In this document: positions 1-10,451 of the stretch, piece by piece | How positions within the stretch are numbered: position 1 is the first letter of the stretch | How the letters are laid out: each line of letters begins with the position of its first letter | NCBI GenBank assembly: GCA_964618805.1 | Contig: CAZUBM010000011.1 | Coordinates: 1 to 52,350, forward strand | Length of the DNA: 52,350 nt | Direction: 5' to 3' | From: an uncultured Nitrososphaerota archaeon | Lineage (GTDB): Archaea > Korarchaeota > Korarchaeia > Korarchaeales > Korarchaeaceae | Position numbers and translations under genes: made by a program | Notes under the pieces: model-generated | The model's database searches: none | The model's input: only the letters and a program-made list of their open reading frames with translations | What the model was told of the DNA's origin: nothing

Positions 1-2
1 CT

Positions 3-2498
3 CCAGCGCTCTACTTTGGGATCAAAGCATCGAAGGCCAAGGGTGGCATAATGGTGACAGCTTCTGTAGCAGGAAATACTCCTATCCTAATAAAGGAGGG
101 AGATCAAATAAAGCTTGTACCTATAGAGTCCCTGAAAGGCAAGAAACTTGAAGGGATTTCATGTCTTTCTATAGAAAAAGATCTCAAAGTGAGTTTCCGG
201 CCCATAACTGGCTTCTTCGAGCATATAGTAGAAAAAGCTTATAGAATAAAGTACACAGGTGGTTCAATCATAACATCTGCAGATCATTCTGTTTTTGTCT
301 TTGATGAAAAAAACGGTGTGACTGTTAAGAAAACATCGGAGTTGAAGAAGGGTGATTTTCTAATAACCCTCTTAGCGAACTTTAAAGGAAATTCCATACA
401 AGAAATAAACATGCAGGATATCAACTCTTATTACTCAGAAAGGACAAAGGTGAAGATCCCGAGGAAGATTAAGTTAACACCAGAACTATTAAGGCTCATG
501 GGATATTATCTGGCAGAAGGTTGGACCTATATAAGACATCCAATTCATAGAATAGGGCTGAAGTTTGGAAATCACGAGAGATCTAGAGTAGAAGACGCCA
601 AGAGGATAATTAGATCTCTCTTTGGCCTTAACATATATGAGAGAGAGCTAGAAAGTTCGATACAGCTTGAATTTTCAAATAAGAATCTAGCGCTTCTATT
701 TCATAACCTAATGGGAGGAAACTCCAAAGAAAAGCATTTGCCGCCTTTCATTTGGAGTCTTCCAAGGGAGCAAGTCCTACAATTTCTCTCTGGATATCTT
801 TGTGATTCTCACATTAATTACAGGCGATATAGAAGGGGAAGAATTGAGTTTACAACTGCAAGCAGAAAGTTGGCTGAAGAGCTTGTATGGCTACTAAGGA
901 TAAAAGGCATAAGCTGTACGATCTACGAAACATTACATAAGGAACATGTTACATCAAAAGGGTTGCTCATTAAGGAATCCAAAAGTTACGTGATAATTAT
1001 ACCATCAATTGAGAACCCCTTTTCCAAAGACGAACCTTCACCCTTAGCTCATAATCCTCAAGTTAGGAGGATACCAACAACGCTCCTCAAACAGCTGTGG
1101 TTAAGACTTAGACCTAAATATGTCAATTCATTCTCCAGAGACTTGCATAGTAGGACAATTGGGGTAGAGAGAGCGAAGAAGATACTAAGACATATACTGG
1201 CTACTCATAGGAATCCAATAATGCCAGAAGATGATAAGAAAATCTCGATATTGAAAGCCATCTTGAATTCAGATATCGGACTAACTGAGGTGAAAAGCGT
1301 AGAAGTTCTAGAATGGAATAAACCAGTTTATGATATTTCGGTTCCAGGAACAGAGGCATTTTTTGGAGGCTGTTCTCCTATCCTCCTCCATAACTCTCAC
1401 AACCCTCCAGAGTGGAACGGCCTGAAGATATGCGATTCTAAAGCTAGGCTGATGGGAATGGGTCTTGGACTCGAGAAAATTAAGGAGATAGTTGAGCAAG
1501 GCAGGTTCAAACTGATGGGAAATGGAAGGGTTATTGACTCGAAGCACCTAATGGAGGAGTACGCAAACTTCCTTCTCTCTAAAGTTGCTGTCTCAAAGGG
1601 AACGAGGGTTGTCTTAGACCCAGGAGGGGGTTCATCAGCCGTGTTGGCAAGGAAGCTCTTTGAGAGGGCTGGTTGCAAGGTTTACGTTATCAATGAAGAG
1701 ATAGATCCTTACTTCAGGGCAAGGTCTCCTGATCCCGACCCAGATGACCTTGAAGAGCTTAAAGAAGAGGTCCTAAAAAAGGAAGCGGCATTAGGCATTG
1801 CTTTTGATGGAGATGGAGATAGATCAGTATTCGTTGACGATAGGGGGAGGGGTATACAGGGAGATGTTGCTCTTGCCGTTTATGTAAGGCACTATCTAAA
1901 GGGGAAGGAAGGAGCTAAGGTAGTCTACGAGGTAAGCTGCACCAAGGCAATCGAGGACATCACTAGGGAAATTGGCGGAAAACTAGTGATGTGCAGGGTA
2001 GGTCATGCGTTCCTCATGGACCTCATGTTAAAGGAGAAAGCCCTGCTTGGAGGCGAGATCTCAAGCCACTTCTACTTCGGAGACGTGGGCATATACAGCG
2101 ATGGTCTTTTTGCAGGTCTTAGGATGTTAGAGGTCATCTCAAAGGAAGGCAGGCTTTCATCGCTGGTAGATGAATTGCCCAGGTACTTCTCAACTCCGAT
2201 AATAACTGTTTTCGTGCCAGATGAGGTGAAGTTCAAGTTAGTTGAAGAAGCAGGATTTGTTGTGAAGGAGAAAGGACTGAAAACCTTGGAAATAGATGGA
2301 GTTAGGGCTTACACGGAAGAAGGTTGGTTTTTGATAAGGGCATCCAACACAAAGCCAGAGATAAAGATAAGAGCAGAGTCAACGAGCGAAGAAGGCCTGA
2401 AAAATCTGTTTGGAGAAGTAACCAAAGTAATCAAAGAGGCTGCATCCAGGCTTGGAGTAGAGGTTGTGGCCCCCAAGTGGAGATACAAGGAGATGTGA
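3..2498 (+). CDS. Phosphoglucomutase/phosphomannomutase-family phosphohexomutase, intein-containing, 5'-partial
   Basis: Frame is open from the window edge (PALYFGIKASKAKGGIMVTA). Removing the intein restores the GIMVTA-SHNP phosphoserine loop. Also has the FDGDGDR metal loop, GGEISSH sugar loop and IRASNTKP phosphate loop. Confidence 0.93.
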   Translation, partial: PALYFGIKASKAKGGIMVTASVAGNTPILIKEGDQIKLVPIESLKGKKLEGISCLSIEKDLKVSFRPITGFFEHIVEKAYRIKYTGGSIITSADHSVFVFDEKNGVTVKKTSELKKGDFLITLLANFKGNSIQEINMQDINSYYSERTKVKIPRKIKLTPELLRLMGYYLAEGWTYIRHPIHRIGLKFGNHERSRVEDAKRIIRSLFGLNIYERELESSIQLEFSNKNLALLFHNLMGGNSKEKHLPPFIWSLPREQVLQFLSGYLCDSHINYRRYRRGRIEFTTASRKLAEELVWLLRIKGISCTIYETLHKEHVTSKGLLIKESKSYVIIIPSIENPFSKDEPSPLAHNPQVRRIPTTLLKQLWLRLRPKYVNSFSRDLHSRTIGVERAKKILRHILATHRNPIMPEDDKKISILKAILNSDIGLTEVKSVEVLEWNKPVYDISVPGTEAFFGGCSPILLHNSHNPPEWNGLKICDSKARLMGMGLGLEKIKEIVEQGRFKLMGNGRVIDSKHLMEEYANFLLSKVAVSKGTRVVLDPGGGSSAVLARKLFERAGCKVYVINEEIDPYFRARSPDPDPDDLEELKEEVLKKEAALGIAFDGDGDRSVFVDDRGRGIQGDVALAVYVRHYLKGKEGAKVVYEVSCTKAIEDITREIGGKLVMCRVGHAFLMDLMLKEKALLGGEISSHFYFGDVGIYSDGLFAGLRMLEVISKEGRLSSLVDELPRYFSTPIITVFVPDEVKFKLVEEAGFVVKEKGLKTLEIDGVRAYTEEGWFLIRASNTKPEIKIRAESTSEEGLKNLFGEVTKVIKEAASRLGVEVVAPKWRYKEM
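63..1394 (+). mobile_element. Intein (444 aa) with LAGLIDADG homing endonuclease domain
   Basis: Block A SVAGNTPI, block B TSADHSVF, LAGLIDADG-like LMGYYLAEG and degenerate FLSGYLCDS, block F VYDISVPGTEAF, C-terminal LLHN followed by +1 Ser. Confidence 0.93.
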
Positions 2499-3140
2499 TC
2501 TTCTCTCCTTACAAATGCACATATTGCAACAGAATCTGAAGTTTTCAATTGTAGAGCCGAAGCTGAGACGTCAAAACTCCTAAATCCACAAAAAATAGAG
2601 ATGATCTTACTCATATGCCAAAAAATGATCAAGAAGCGTGCTACATTTAAATATTTTCTTAAAAATTCCGCTATCTATCGATATTTTGAAGTCTGGATCA
2701 ACACAACCTCTGATCAACGTAACTCCGATAAGGCTTCCCAAGCCCCTTGGGACATAGGCGATCCAAAACAACACTCTTCAACCAATCACTATCCTGAACA
2801 GGAATCCAGTCAATCAAAATTAAAAGATACTTGATCTTCCCGAACAAAAATCACCTCAGCAACCAGTAACGAACAAGCACCAAACCCACGCAAATTAGCG
2901 CAGCTATAAGATGGATTAAATATGAACGTTAACGCATCGATGACCATGTTGTCCCTCATAAGATCTTACATTCCAACGATCAAAATAGACTTCTGGGCAA
3001 AGTTTACTTCATAGCTCCAAGTATAATTGACTGATGTCTGAAAAACAACTTTCGTCACCTTCTAAAAAGTCCTTTTACCCATCTAATTTTGGCAAACGTT
3101 CAAAAACCGATTGAAACTACACAATACGGGACTTTGACGC

Positions 3141-3470
3141 CTAATCTTCTATTACAACCTTCAAAGTTGGTTCAACTTCCTTGATGATCATGAAATCTTT
3201 GTCCTTTGTCAGAAACATTTCATTCTTGTTTATGCATGTGGCAGCGATAAGTAAGTCTCCAACACTCATCGGAGAACCAGTCTCTCTTAGCTTTATCTGC
3301 AACAATACAGCCGTTAGCTGCTCTTCTTCACCCATAAAATAGATTTTCCCATCAAACTTCTCATAATCCTTGATCGGAGGGAACTCGATCAGAGTTACTG
3401 ATGTTATGTTCTCCTCTATGGTTTCTCCATTCGCTACCCTCTGGATCGCTATTGAGGTGTCTATTATCAT
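3141..3470 (-). CDS. vapC: PIN-domain (VapC-like) toxin
   Basis: MIIDTS start, VGDLLIAA and LTKDKDF motifs. ATGA overlap with the upstream antitoxin. Confidence 0.85.
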   Translation of the reverse strand: MIIDTSIAIQRVANGETIEENITSVTLIEFPPIKDYEKFDGKIYFMGEEEQLTAVLLQIKLRETGSPMSVGDLLIAATCINKNEMFLTKDKDFMIIKEVEPTLKVVIED

Positions 3471-3757
3471 CTCTCCTCCAACTCCTTCAGATATCTCTTT
3501 CTTCTCTTCTCTCTTTCTTTGATCTTTCTCAGAAAGGCCCACTCCTTCTCAGCAGCATGTTCTTCTCTCAGCATCTCCATGCCTTTTATCTCTAGGAGCA
3601 TTGACAGTTCTTCTTTTGTTAGCCCATCTTTAGATGACTTAAGTCTGAGTAACTTCTCTATTATCGCCTGACGGGCAACCTCCGACCAGTTTATCTCCTT
3701 ATACTTCCTCATAAGCCTATATATGTCTTTAGGTATGCTCAGTGTTATATTTGTCAT
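3467..3757 (-). CDS. RHH-like antitoxin (VapB-type)
   Basis: MTNITLSIP...INWSEVARQAI. Translationally coupled to the PIN gene. Confidence 0.8.
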   Translation of the reverse strand: MTNITLSIPKDIYRLMRKYKEINWSEVARQAIIEKLLRLKSSKDGLTKEELSMLLEIKGMEMLREEHAAEKEWAFLRKIKEREKRRKRYLKELEER

Positions 3758-3933
3758 ATGTGTTATAAATAAATTATGTATTTTATAAGTCTTGATAGAC
3801 ATAGGAAACAAAAAACTCGAATCTTTACCCACCGAACCCTCCTCAGGGCTATTATAACATGCATTCCTTCAATGCCTGTTGAATGAAATCAGCGCATTTT
3901 ATAAATCTAGGAAAAGCTAATATAGAGATAAAA

Positions 3934-5178
3934 ATGAAGGTTAAATTTCCTAGAAGCAAGACATTGTTAATAGCTGCAATAATCTTCGCTATACTAGCAC
4001 TGTCTTTTATAATTGGTTTCTTAACATATCCAGAGGAGAAAGCCTATCTATCACCTGCACGAATTCCTTCTCCTACGGTTAAACCGACTATTACTCCTAT
4101 GCCAACAGCTCCCCCCAAGGAGGTACCTGGTATACCTATCCCATCTCCAACTCCCATACCTAAACCTGCTCCTACCCCTTCGCCTATGCTACCAGAGGCT
4201 GAAGCCCAACCAACTGCTGAATTAACCTTATTGGAGGCCGCTGGGAGGATGATAATCTACACAGCCCAAATATCTATGGAGGTTGAGGATGTTGACGCAG
4301 CAGCTAATCAGATCCAGAGCATAGCTGAGGGAGCAGGTGGATTTATTCAAAGCGTTTCTATCTCTGGTGAGGAGAGGAAGAGCGGAGTAATAACTATTCG
4401 AGTTCCCCAGGAGAAGTTCTATGACGTCTTAAGACGGATCGAAAAGATAGGAAACGTGACGAACAAAGAGATTTCTGGACAGGACGTGACTGAGCAATAC
4501 ATTGACCTTGAGGCAAGGCTGAAAAATGCGGAAAGAGAGGAGGAACGCCTTCTTGCAATTCTGGATCAGGCGACTGATGTTAGTGACATGCTAAAGGTCG
4601 AAGAGGAGTTAATGAGGGTAAGAGAGACCATAGAATCCCTCAAGGGAAAGCTACAATACTTGGAACGAAGGGTAGAGTACTCCACCATATCTGTCTATTT
4701 AGAGGAGCTGGCAAAACCTCCAGTTATCTCAAACGTTAAAGTTGTGGAGGTAACTACGTCTAAAGTCACAATAGAGTGGACAACAGATGTATTATCTACG
4801 AGCTTGGTGGAGTACGGAACGACGAAATCTTACGGATCTGAAGTTTATGATCCTAAGCCGGTCAAGGAACATTCAATAACGATTACTGGCCTGAGAGATT
4901 CGACAACTTATCACTTCAGAGTTAAATCGACGGCATATGGGAAGACAGCTGCGTCTCAGGATTACACGTTCACTACAGAATCTGAGCCTTGGGTTAAGAT
5001 ACCCGAGATCGATTGGGGATACCCCATAGAAAGAGGACTTTGGGGCTTCTTGGTTCTTGCTCAGTTCTTAATAACCATTCTAGTGTTCTTCGTGCCTTTA
5101 CTGGTAATTGCGGGTCCTCCCATCTATTACTTCTACAAAAAGAGGCAAAGAGCTAGAAAAGAGGCATCGGAGGAGTAG
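3934..5178 (+). CDS. Membrane-anchored DUF4349-like protein with Pro-rich linker and inserted fibronectin-III-like domain
   Basis: N-terminal TM, Pro/Thr linker, RMIIYTA..TIRVP..DVTEQYIDLEARL pattern, WTTD..VEYG..GL..TTYHFRV FN3 pattern, C-terminal TM. Confidence 0.75.
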   Translation: MKVKFPRSKTLLIAAIIFAILALSFIIGFLTYPEEKAYLSPARIPSPTVKPTITPMPTAPPKEVPGIPIPSPTPIPKPAPTPSPMLPEAEAQPTAELTLLEAAGRMIIYTAQISMEVEDVDAAANQIQSIAEGAGGFIQSVSISGEERKSGVITIRVPQEKFYDVLRRIEKIGNVTNKEISGQDVTEQYIDLEARLKNAEREEERLLAILDQATDVSDMLKVEEELMRVRETIESLKGKLQYLERRVEYSTISVYLEELAKPPVISNVKVVEVTTSKVTIEWTTDVLSTSLVEYGTTKSYGSEVYDPKPVKEHSITITGLRDSTTYHFRVKSTAYGKTAASQDYTFTTESEPWVKIPEIDWGYPIERGLWGFLVLAQFLITILVFFVPLLVIAGPPIYYFYKKRQRARKEASEE

Positions 5179-5322
5179 TGACCATATCCTAGTAAATTGT
5201 AAAAGTGCATTAGAAGAGCTACGGAGTTCTTCTGAAGTTTTTAGTACCATCTCAATATCTGACAAATTTTGTTTTCAAAAAAGTCTTTAAACCCCTTAAT
5301 TCAATTATTTGTGAGATTGCAG

Positions 5323-5907
5323 ATGAGTTCTAAGAAAGATGCCTATTCATCAATATTCTTGGCTTTGAAACATCCTGTTAGGAGGAGGATTTTGATGATG
5401 TTAAGGGACTCACCACTAGCATACACTGAAATCCTGAATAAGTTGAAGGTTGAGACGGGATTTCTTAACTATCACTTGGAGAAGCTTGACCAACTCATCA
5501 AGAAAGATAAAGACGGCAAATATTCTCTAAGTGAATTAGGAGAAGCTGCTCTAGCACTGATCAAAAGGATAGAACCATCTTCTAAAAGGAGTCCTGCACT
5601 TGCTGCTTTTTTTAAGCTCAAGTTAAAGCCAGAACACATTTATCTTGCTATAATCTCTTTTTTGCTGGCCTCAAATGCTTACTTGGCATATTTTGCATTC
5701 TTTCACACGGCCAAATCCTCAGATGAGTTTCTTCAGATCAAGCCGCATGCTGAGAGGATGAGGGTAAGCGGAATAATCATTCGAGAGTTGGGGGAGCCCT
5801 GGAATGTGCTTGTTTATTGGCCCGAATGCATTTACCTTGAATCAGAAAAATGGGCTGCAGAAGATGTCCAGATGCGGACCATATACGTTATGATTGAAAA
5901 CCCATAA
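5323..5907 (+). CDS. ArsR-like winged-HTH regulator with transmembrane segment
   Basis: ALKHPVRRRIL...LNYHLEKL...YSLSELG followed by a hydrophobic helix. The C-terminus may be truncated. Confidence 0.75.
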   Translation: MSSKKDAYSSIFLALKHPVRRRILMMLRDSPLAYTEILNKLKVETGFLNYHLEKLDQLIKKDKDGKYSLSELGEAALALIKRIEPSSKRSPALAAFFKLKLKPEHIYLAIISFLLASNAYLAYFAFFHTAKSSDEFLQIKPHAERMRVSGIIIRELGEPWNVLVYWPECIYLESEKWAAEDVQMRTIYVMIENP

Positions 5908-6037
5908 GACAGAACAATTAAGGAGTGAGAGAAGAGAACAACTAAGTTTGTGCCTAGTTCTATATTTTTGAGAAATATTGTGAACTCTTAAAGATGGAAA
6001 GACTTAAGAGCTGATCCTCCTTCTATTCAAGAAACAA

Positions 6038-6382
6038 ATGTCCATGGAAATAGTTACACCAGAGAGAGCCATAGAACTAGTCAAGGAAGGCAAAACAGGC
6101 TTCCTGATGACATTAGTTTATTGGATGAACGATCCAAACGCTCCCGTAAACCCTGAAGATTTAGGAATAAGGGTCCAGACGGGAGGACTAACACTTTCCC
6201 CTGAGCATACTCCAAACATCTCCATCATTAGAAACATAATAGTTACTGAGGCTTACTTTCCCAAAGAGCTGACCCCAGCTCCCTTGAGAAAGAAGGAGAA
6301 TAGGATGGAGTGGGGAGGCTATAGGGTGTCTGTTAGAATACCTAAGTGGGCAATCATGGCAATATTGTTCCCTAGAGATTAG
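6038..6382 (+). CDS. Hypothetical protein
   Basis: Clean 114-aa ORF with host-like codon use and no recognised motif. Confidence 0.6.
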   Translation: MSMEIVTPERAIELVKEGKTGFLMTLVYWMNDPNAPVNPEDLGIRVQTGGLTLSPEHTPNISIIRNIIVTEAYFPKELTPAPLRKKENRMEWGGYRVSVRIPKWAIMAILFPRD

Positions 6383-6556
6383 TCATTTATGAGGCATGGT
6401 TCTGAAATCTTGTTTCTTCCACAAACATCTACTCAACTCAAACTGGAGAGAATAATTTAGGTGATGTTACTTGCGTTAATTGCCTGCCAGGTAATCGATT
6501 GTATTTAGGATGTCGCAAACTGTAAGTGCTTCATTTAAAATTTCGCACGTTTTATA

Positions 6557-7288
6557 TTGCTGGTGGTAATCCTGGAAGAAGAAACGAGTAAGGCAAGGAA
6601 GGAATCTGTGCATCAGCAGGCTGAGAGGCACGCTCTTTATATCATAATTGACGCCGTCTTCGGCTTGGCTCTTGGCCTTGGGGCATTCTCTCTTACAGAT
6701 ATACCTCTGAGGAATGGGCATGATTTATTCCTAGCTGTTTCTTTCTTCGCTTTTTCGTACTTCGTCATCTCAATGTCTTGGATGGCCCTCCGCCCTTTCT
6801 TCAAGGAGTACATCGTCTATGGACCAATAAACGGGATTTTATTCCTCACGGGATTCTTCATCGCTATCTTGCCCGTATCGATGCGCTTGATAATGATGCA
6901 ATACTTAAAGCAGACTTCTCCAGATATCCTCGAAGCCTCGCTCATGCTCTATCCCCTCTGCATGGCAGTAATAAGCATGAACATGGGGATCTTCAGTTTT
7001 GCCTTTTCAAAACAGAGTTGGAAAACAATTCCTTGGGATGATTTCACTCATCTTTTGTCAGAAGGGGTGGGATCCTTCGTAATGGGTATTATATTCTTAA
7101 TCTCTGTTTTCATACCTCTTGAGAGAACTCTGGCAGACGTGCTACCATTTAACATCCTCTCAAAGCTGCCGCCTGTAGAGTGGATCCCTTTTAAGGTAGC
7201 CTTTTGGTTCCTAGGAGGAATAGCCCTAGCTGGACCGGCAACTCTAATAACCAATCTTATCCTGTGGTTTAGAAAACCGAAGGACTAG
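6557..7288 (+). CDS. TMEM175/DUF1211-like six-TM membrane protein (divergent K+ channel-like)
   Basis: IIDAVFGLAL resembles FSDGVFAIA, followed by SYFVISMSW and FIAILP helices in TMEM175 order. Start codon uncertain. Confidence 0.55.
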   Translation: MLVVILEEETSKARKESVHQQAERHALYIIIDAVFGLALGLGAFSLTDIPLRNGHDLFLAVSFFAFSYFVISMSWMALRPFFKEYIVYGPINGILFLTGFFIAILPVSMRLIMMQYLKQTSPDILEASLMLYPLCMAVISMNMGIFSFAFSKQSWKTIPWDDFTHLLSEGVGSFVMGIIFLISVFIPLERTLADVLPFNILSKLPPVEWIPFKVAFWFLGGIALAGPATLITNLILWFRKPKD

Positions 7289-7747
7289 CACAACTCAATG
7301 CTGATATTTTTATGCTTAGGATATCTTAGCTCTGATTCTCAGGATACCAAAGATTTGCAATAATCTGTTCTGGTTTTCGACTCTTTAATTCTTATTTCAC
7401 TGGTTCTCATTTATTTCTTGAAAAGATGGTTAATTTAGGAAGTTTCCTCCGAATAGTGAAGGGAAGGATAAGACTTCTTCCAGGAGCACAAAGAACTGAT
7501 TGGTGAACTAATTTCCTCAGGAATAAAGCTAGAACCTGTTCTCTCCTCAAGAAGGAAATGGTTGAATTAGTAATCAGAGAAACCGGGTTGGGAGGCGTTT
7601 TCGATTTTATAATCGCTCAAGAATATGTTGAGCGTCTCAAAACCCAACTTCTCCAAGATCCCCTCGCTGCTCCTTCCTCTGGACATGAGTTTTGGTGTGT
7701 GCGAGTGGAAAGCCCATACTAACAAAACTCTCAATCAAACGCTTTGT

Positions 7748-8944
7748 TCAGCTCTCTTCCATCATCTTGAGTCCGTCTACGGGCAATGGACATAAAGGTA
7801 GAGAAGAAGCGTTCTTAACAAGTGAGATCAGATATCTGTCTGTTTCAGTAAGGGTAACTCGAGAAAACGGATAAATCTCTATTTCTTCTTCTCCCTTTTT
7901 CCTGAAAACAAAATGCACGAAGCCTCCAGTTAAGGGGTCAGTTGAAGTACGGATGATATATAGTATCCCTTTTATTCTAGCATGAACTTCAGAACCCTTT
8001 CCTACTTTCTTTAGAGTAGCAGTGTGACCTTCTTCGATGAGATAGCATGCCAAATTGCTGGAAACATATACAGCACCAGTTTCATCTTCCTGACCCCTTA
8101 GTTCCTTTGGGATCTCTGGTTTTCGACCTAATTGTACGTCACAAAGGGCCATGGCGTATGCAGCTTGCATACGGTACATACCTACTTGATAGCATCGTTT
8201 GAAGTACTCCTTTGCTTTTTCGTATTTAGCTTCCTTGTACATGGAGGCACCAGCATTGTAGAGTTCTACTGGTGACATTTCCTTCAGACTGGGAAGTTTC
8301 GAAGGCGTTTCCACAATCCCTCTTCCGATCCGGAAACTATTGATGATATACTCGAAGACAGGCTCCCAATACTCGAAGTCGCTTTCAGGCGATTCGCAGA
8401 TAAATTGAAAGGTCACGCCAACGCCAAAATAGGTGATACTTTGTTCCTTTGTCCTACCTTCTCGGCTGTCATAACTGTAAACAAGCTTTACAGCAGGCTT
8501 TCCTAAGAGCTGGATCTCCTCTTCTGCGTAGAAGTGTAAATTTGGAAAAGAACGGATGAGCTCGTCCTTTGCTAACTCAATGAACTCTTGAGGGTTGGTT
8601 GGTTGTTTTCTCATTCTCCCGTCTGGTCCAACGAACATCATGGTGTATTTTGACAAGATTTCTCTTCCCTGTACATTGACGATGAACCCGGTCTTCCCTC
8701 TACCCATTTCAGAAGCAACAGCTATAGGAATAATCCACGGATCTGCTGACTCATTCTCTAAAAAAATCCCCCAGTTTCCCGGATATTCTATTGAGAAGTT
8801 CCATCTCTCGCTGTAATAATGCTTGATCTCTAAGCCAGAGCTATATTTTGCTTTTAACTCTTTGTATGTTTCCTCTGTGATTTTTCCTTCATGGAAGGCC
8901 TTTTCTAGCTTCGCAAGTTTCCTATATGCCTCTATTTCAGACAT
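7748..8944 (-). CDS. Multidomain protein: SHOCT-like N-terminus, PsbP/DcrB-like domain, TPR, unknown C-terminal domain
   Basis: KLEKAFHEGKITEETYKELKAKY; FSIEYPGNW...VFEYIINSFRI; LYNAGASMYKEAKYEKAKEYF. Confidence 0.6.
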   Translation of the reverse strand: MSEIEAYRKLAKLEKAFHEGKITEETYKELKAKYSSGLEIKHYYSERWNFSIEYPGNWGIFLENESADPWIIPIAVASEMGRGKTGFIVNVQGREILSKYTMMFVGPDGRMRKQPTNPQEFIELAKDELIRSFPNLHFYAEEEIQLLGKPAVKLVYSYDSREGRTKEQSITYFGVGVTFQFICESPESDFEYWEPVFEYIINSFRIGRGIVETPSKLPSLKEMSPVELYNAGASMYKEAKYEKAKEYFKRCYQVGMYRMQAAYAMALCDVQLGRKPEIPKELRGQEDETGAVYVSSNLACYLIEEGHTATLKKVGKGSEVHARIKGILYIIRTSTDPLTGGFVHFVFRKKGEEEIEIYPFSRVTLTETDRYLISLVKNASSLPLCPLPVDGLKMMEES

Positions 8945-8974
8945 AGATTTTCACATTCTTTGATTTATTTTAAG

Positions 8975-8989
8975 GATTTCTAGCGCGCG
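8975..8989 (+). repeat. Variant copy of the GATTT(C)TAGCGCGCG intergenic motif
   Basis: GATTTCTAGCGCGCG, in the same orientation as the copies at 36785 and 51342. Confidence 0.55.
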
Positions 8990-9627
8990 TGGCAAAGAGG
9001 TGAAGTACAGAGCCAATCGTTTTGGGTTTTCCCTTAGAAAGGCCTTAAAACAGGTAGGGATTTTGATGGAGTAAGCATAATTCTGATTATCTTAATTTCC
9101 TTATCTATGTCAATGTTTGGCTTGACAATTAATAGAGCTATGAGTATTTTGGGATTTGGGAATTTGTAGGACTCATTTTTGGTGTCACTTGATTGATGAT
9201 TGACGTTTTAAGATATGTAGCTCTTTATAGGGAAAACAAATACAAATCCCCAAGTTGAAAGCTATGAAAAAAGGAGAGATCCCCTCCTTGGACTTGGTTG
9301 CCTTTTGGGCTATACTCGTTATATAAGTAAGCTCAAAAGTTTTCATGCCCAGATCCAAGAATTAGAAATAAAGGTGTGGTAGCAGAAGCGATCAAGACCA
9401 ACTAGCACACACAAAAGGTTATCTTAACCAAATACGCCAGATCCTAAACCTTTACCTTTTCTTTGCTAGGTACGGCGTTAAATTCCAAATAGTATCTATC
9501 CGTTTATTTAACAAGGATCTGTTGCTGTAAAACGCTACTTCACTTTGAAATTATAATATCCTTTTCGCATCATACCTCCTGAAATGTCACATTCATGCTT
9601 AAAAGCTTCAAAATGTATAAATTAGGA

Positions 9628-10263
9628 ATGGAAGCAGGAATTCGGGAGAAGATAAGAAAGCTTGAAGATGCCCTAATTGAAGGGAGAATTACAGAGAAAA
9701 CATACAAGAAGTTAAAAGCGAAGTATGAAGCGGAGTTATCGAGATTGGGTGAGGTATCCAAGCCTAGCAAGGTTTCGGAGGCAGGTCCTGAAACGGTAGT
9801 TTCTGGAGGTACTGAAGCAGCCTTTAAAAAAGGATTGGAGCTAGTTAATGGATATTTGGGGCGCATTGATCCAAATCTTCCGCTGTTAAAATTAAAACCC
9901 GGTGAAAACTCATCTTCATCATTAATTCAGCATGCGGGGGCAAAATTGCTGGTGATTGTAGGAGTAGAGGAAGGATTTATCACTGTTACCTTAGCAGCTC
10001 ATGTCTGCAACGAGCCTAAGAACGTAAGAGATAGGGATCTCGCTGGTTTTTACAGACGCCTCCTATTTCTTAATGCTGCAAATGTCACACTGACAGGGAC
10101 AATTCATTTTGGTCTCGTTGAGGGCTTAGGGATATTTTTAATGTGGTCACGTCCAATAAGAGATCTCGATTTCACAGAGTTTAAAGAAGCACTTGATCTT
10201 CTAGCAGGTAAAACACTGTTGTTTTTCGTACTCCTTCGAAAAGAGTTCAACTTTATTGGCTAG
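9628..10263 (+). CDS. SHOCT-like domain fused to YbjN/CesT (T3SS-chaperone-fold)-like domain
   Basis: KLEDALIEGRITEKTYKKLKAKY; FYRRLLFLNA...HFGL...RPIRDLDFTEFKEAL. Confidence 0.55.
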   Translation: MEAGIREKIRKLEDALIEGRITEKTYKKLKAKYEAELSRLGEVSKPSKVSEAGPETVVSGGTEAAFKKGLELVNGYLGRIDPNLPLLKLKPGENSSSSLIQHAGAKLLVIVGVEEGFITVTLAAHVCNEPKNVRDRDLAGFYRRLLFLNAANVTLTGTIHFGLVEGLGIFLMWSRPIRDLDFTEFKEALDLLAGKTLLFFVLLRKEFNFIG

Positions 10264-10451
10264 AATAACCAAAAGTAAGTGGAATCCTTTGTTCATATTG
10301 CGGAGTTTGTTGAAAGGCATCTAGTAAGAGTATAAATAAAGAGATGGAAAACTGAGGATATGCTTTCGTCCACTTTAGTTTCAACGCTTTCATCGCTTTC
10401 TAAACAAGCACTTATATCTACATACGATTGATCAACACAGAAAGAGTGAAC

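Noticed and set aside
2600-3100. ORF 2601-2834 and a possible minus-strand membrane gene relic
   Set aside because: Interrupted by stops, with no recognisable family.
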